Shown piece by piece: positions 21,370-23,163 of a stretch of DNA of 23,163 bases. Origin of the DNA: Octopus sinensis (Eukaryota); the NCBI RefSeq assembly GCF_006345805.1, contig NW_021836654.1, positions 1-23,163 of the forward strand, given 5' to 3'. A program made the position numbers and the translations under genes. Within the stretch, counting starts at the first letter, position 1, and every line of letters begins with the position of its first letter. The notes beneath the pieces are model-generated. The model was not told the origin of the DNA. It ran no database searches and saw only the letters and a list, made by a program, of their open reading frames with translations.

Positions 21370-21689
21370 GAAAAGGATTATTAGGATATTTTGAAAAGAG
21401 AAGAAAGACGAACAAGAACATTTAGGATTTAGGCGTAAAAGCTGATCAATAGGCGGAGGATGAGGAGGAGGAGGAGAATGGATAAAAATTAAGGAGAGGG
21501 AGGAAAAAAACAACAACAACAATAACAACAATAGCAAAAGCGACGAAATGCTGAGCTAAGCAGATGTGAAAGTTGTGTTATTTAAGATCAAAGTGGAGGC
21601 GATAGAATAAATAAGAACCAAAGAAAGGAGATGAAAGGAAGACAGAAGCTTAGCTTTAACAACAAATACATCGCCAATAAAATCATTAC

Positions 21690-21757
<68 letters not shown>

Positions 21758-21777
21758 TTATTATTATTATTATCATT

Positions 21778-21814
<37 letters not shown>

Positions 21815-21816
21815 GT

Positions 21817-21847
<31 letters not shown>

Positions 21848-21929
21848 TATTATTATTATCATCATTATTATTAATTTTAATATCATTATTTTGTCATTCT
21901 TGTTCTTGTTCTTGTTCTTCTTATTATTA

Positions 21930-21984
<55 letters not shown>

Positions 21985-22049
21985 TCATCATCATTAGTAT
22001 TTTATCATTATTATTATTATCATTATTTTGTATTATTATTATATTATTA

Positions 22050-22084
<35 letters not shown>

Positions 22085-22169
22085 TATTATTATTATTATT
22101 ATTATCATTATTATCATTATTATTATTATTATATTATTATTATTATTATTATTATTATTATCATTATTA

Positions 22170-22202
<33 letters not shown>

Positions 22203-22226
22203 CATCATTATTATCATTATTATTAA

Positions 22227-22265
<39 letters not shown>

Positions 22266-22370
22266 CATCATCATCATCATCAGCATTATTATTATTATTA
22301 TTATCATTATTATTATTATTATTGATGTTATTATTAGTGGTAATAAAAGTAATAATATTAATAGATATAA
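20575..22370. repeat. ~1.8-kb mosaic of triplet microsatellites: AAT, AAG, GAT, AAC, then TTA/TAG/TCA
   Basis: Read directly; it accounts for all homopolymeric ORFs in this interval. Confidence 0.97.
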
Positions 22371-22687
22371 CAATAATCCTTTTTACAATGCACACAGACC
22401 TGTACAACAACTACAACAATAACAACAAAAGAAAGGTCTTCCAGATAACATGCAGTGAAGTACTTTAAATAGTTATAGGGAAATGAGGCAAAATGTCGCA
22501 CTATATTTTCAGGCAGGTTAAGTGTTTAGTTAAGAGAAAATCTGAAGAAAACCCAGAAGTTTAACCCGTCGACACAAGAATGAAAAACATTCATATAGAT
22601 AGAATCGGTTTACTTATTAACGCTAACTAATTTCTGTTCCAATCTTTGTCAACGTACTGTTCCATTCGATATTACTGGTAGGTGTCG

Positions 22688-23092
22688 AGGCTGCAAGCTG
22701 GCAGAATCATTAGCACGCTTGGCGAAATGCTTAGCGGTATTTCGCCTGCTACTACGTTTTGAGTTCAAATTCCGCCGAGGTCGACTTTGCCTTTCATACT
22801 CTCGGGGTCGATTAAATAAGTACCAGTTACGCACTGGGGTTGATATAATCGACTTAATCCGTTTGTCTAGCCTTGTTTGTCCCTTCTGTTTTTAGCCCCT
22901 TGTGGGTAATAAAAGAAATAGGTATTTCGTCTGACATTTCCTTCTGAGATAAAATTCCGCCGAGGTCGACTTTGCCTTTCATCATTTCGGGTTCGATAAC
23001 TTAAGTACCAGCTGCGTCCTGGGGTCGATCTATTCAACTGGACCCCTCCAAAGAGATTTCGGGCCTTAAGTCTAGAGTAGAAGAGATTATTG
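22688..23092 (+). mobile_element. SINE family A, dimer-like full copy (left monomer 22688-22924, right headless monomer ~22921-23092)
   Basis: Head GCTGGCAGAATC.TTAGCACG and B-box-like GAGTTCAAATTCC. The block GGTATTTCG...AAATTCCGCCGAGGTCGACTTTGCCTTTCAT...TAAGTACCAG...GGGGT.GAT occurs twice in tandem, with different tails. Confidence 0.9.
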
Positions 23093-23101
23093 GTAGATGT
23101 C

Positions 23102-23163
23102 AAAGCGGCGGGTTGGCAGAATCGAAATGCATATCGTTATTTCGTCTATCTTACATTCTGAGT
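23102..23163 (+). mobile_element. Third, degenerate SINE family A head running off the window
   Basis: GCGGCGGGTTGGCAGAATCG-AAATGC...TATTTCGTCT...TTCTGAGT. Confidence 0.7.

Noticed and set aside
423-22468. The many ORFs rich in poly-I/L/Y/F/R/S/N/H or in YI, HT, CV and LSIY repeats
   Set aside because: They are translations of stop-free microsatellite frames, with no domain content or splice context.

Overview
This window is AT-rich eukaryotic non-coding DNA (intron or intergenic) packed with transposon relics and microsatellites. I recognise no host gene. The SINE types and the abundance of (TA)n, (AAT)n, (AAG)n and (GATA)n look like an octopus (coleoid cephalopod) genome; this is an inference from recalled repeat families, not a database result. 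Supported elements: about ten copies or fragments of tRNA-derived SINEs from several modular families; a 5'-truncated L1/Tx1-clade retrotransposon (RT plus zinc knuckle, 10186-12132) flanked on both sides by (TATC)n; a 5'-truncated RTE-clade LINE with a (TAG)n tail and a 10-bp TSD; a complete non-autonomous Helitron; a MITE-like foldback element; a decayed mariner transposase; and a cryptic ~35-bp minisatellite. Nearly all ORFs in the supplied track are translations of microsatellites or antisense frames of these elements. The most interesting lead is the Tx1-like element: it may target (TATC)n/(GATA)n arrays, and its ORF2 is broken only by small indels, with no stop codons.
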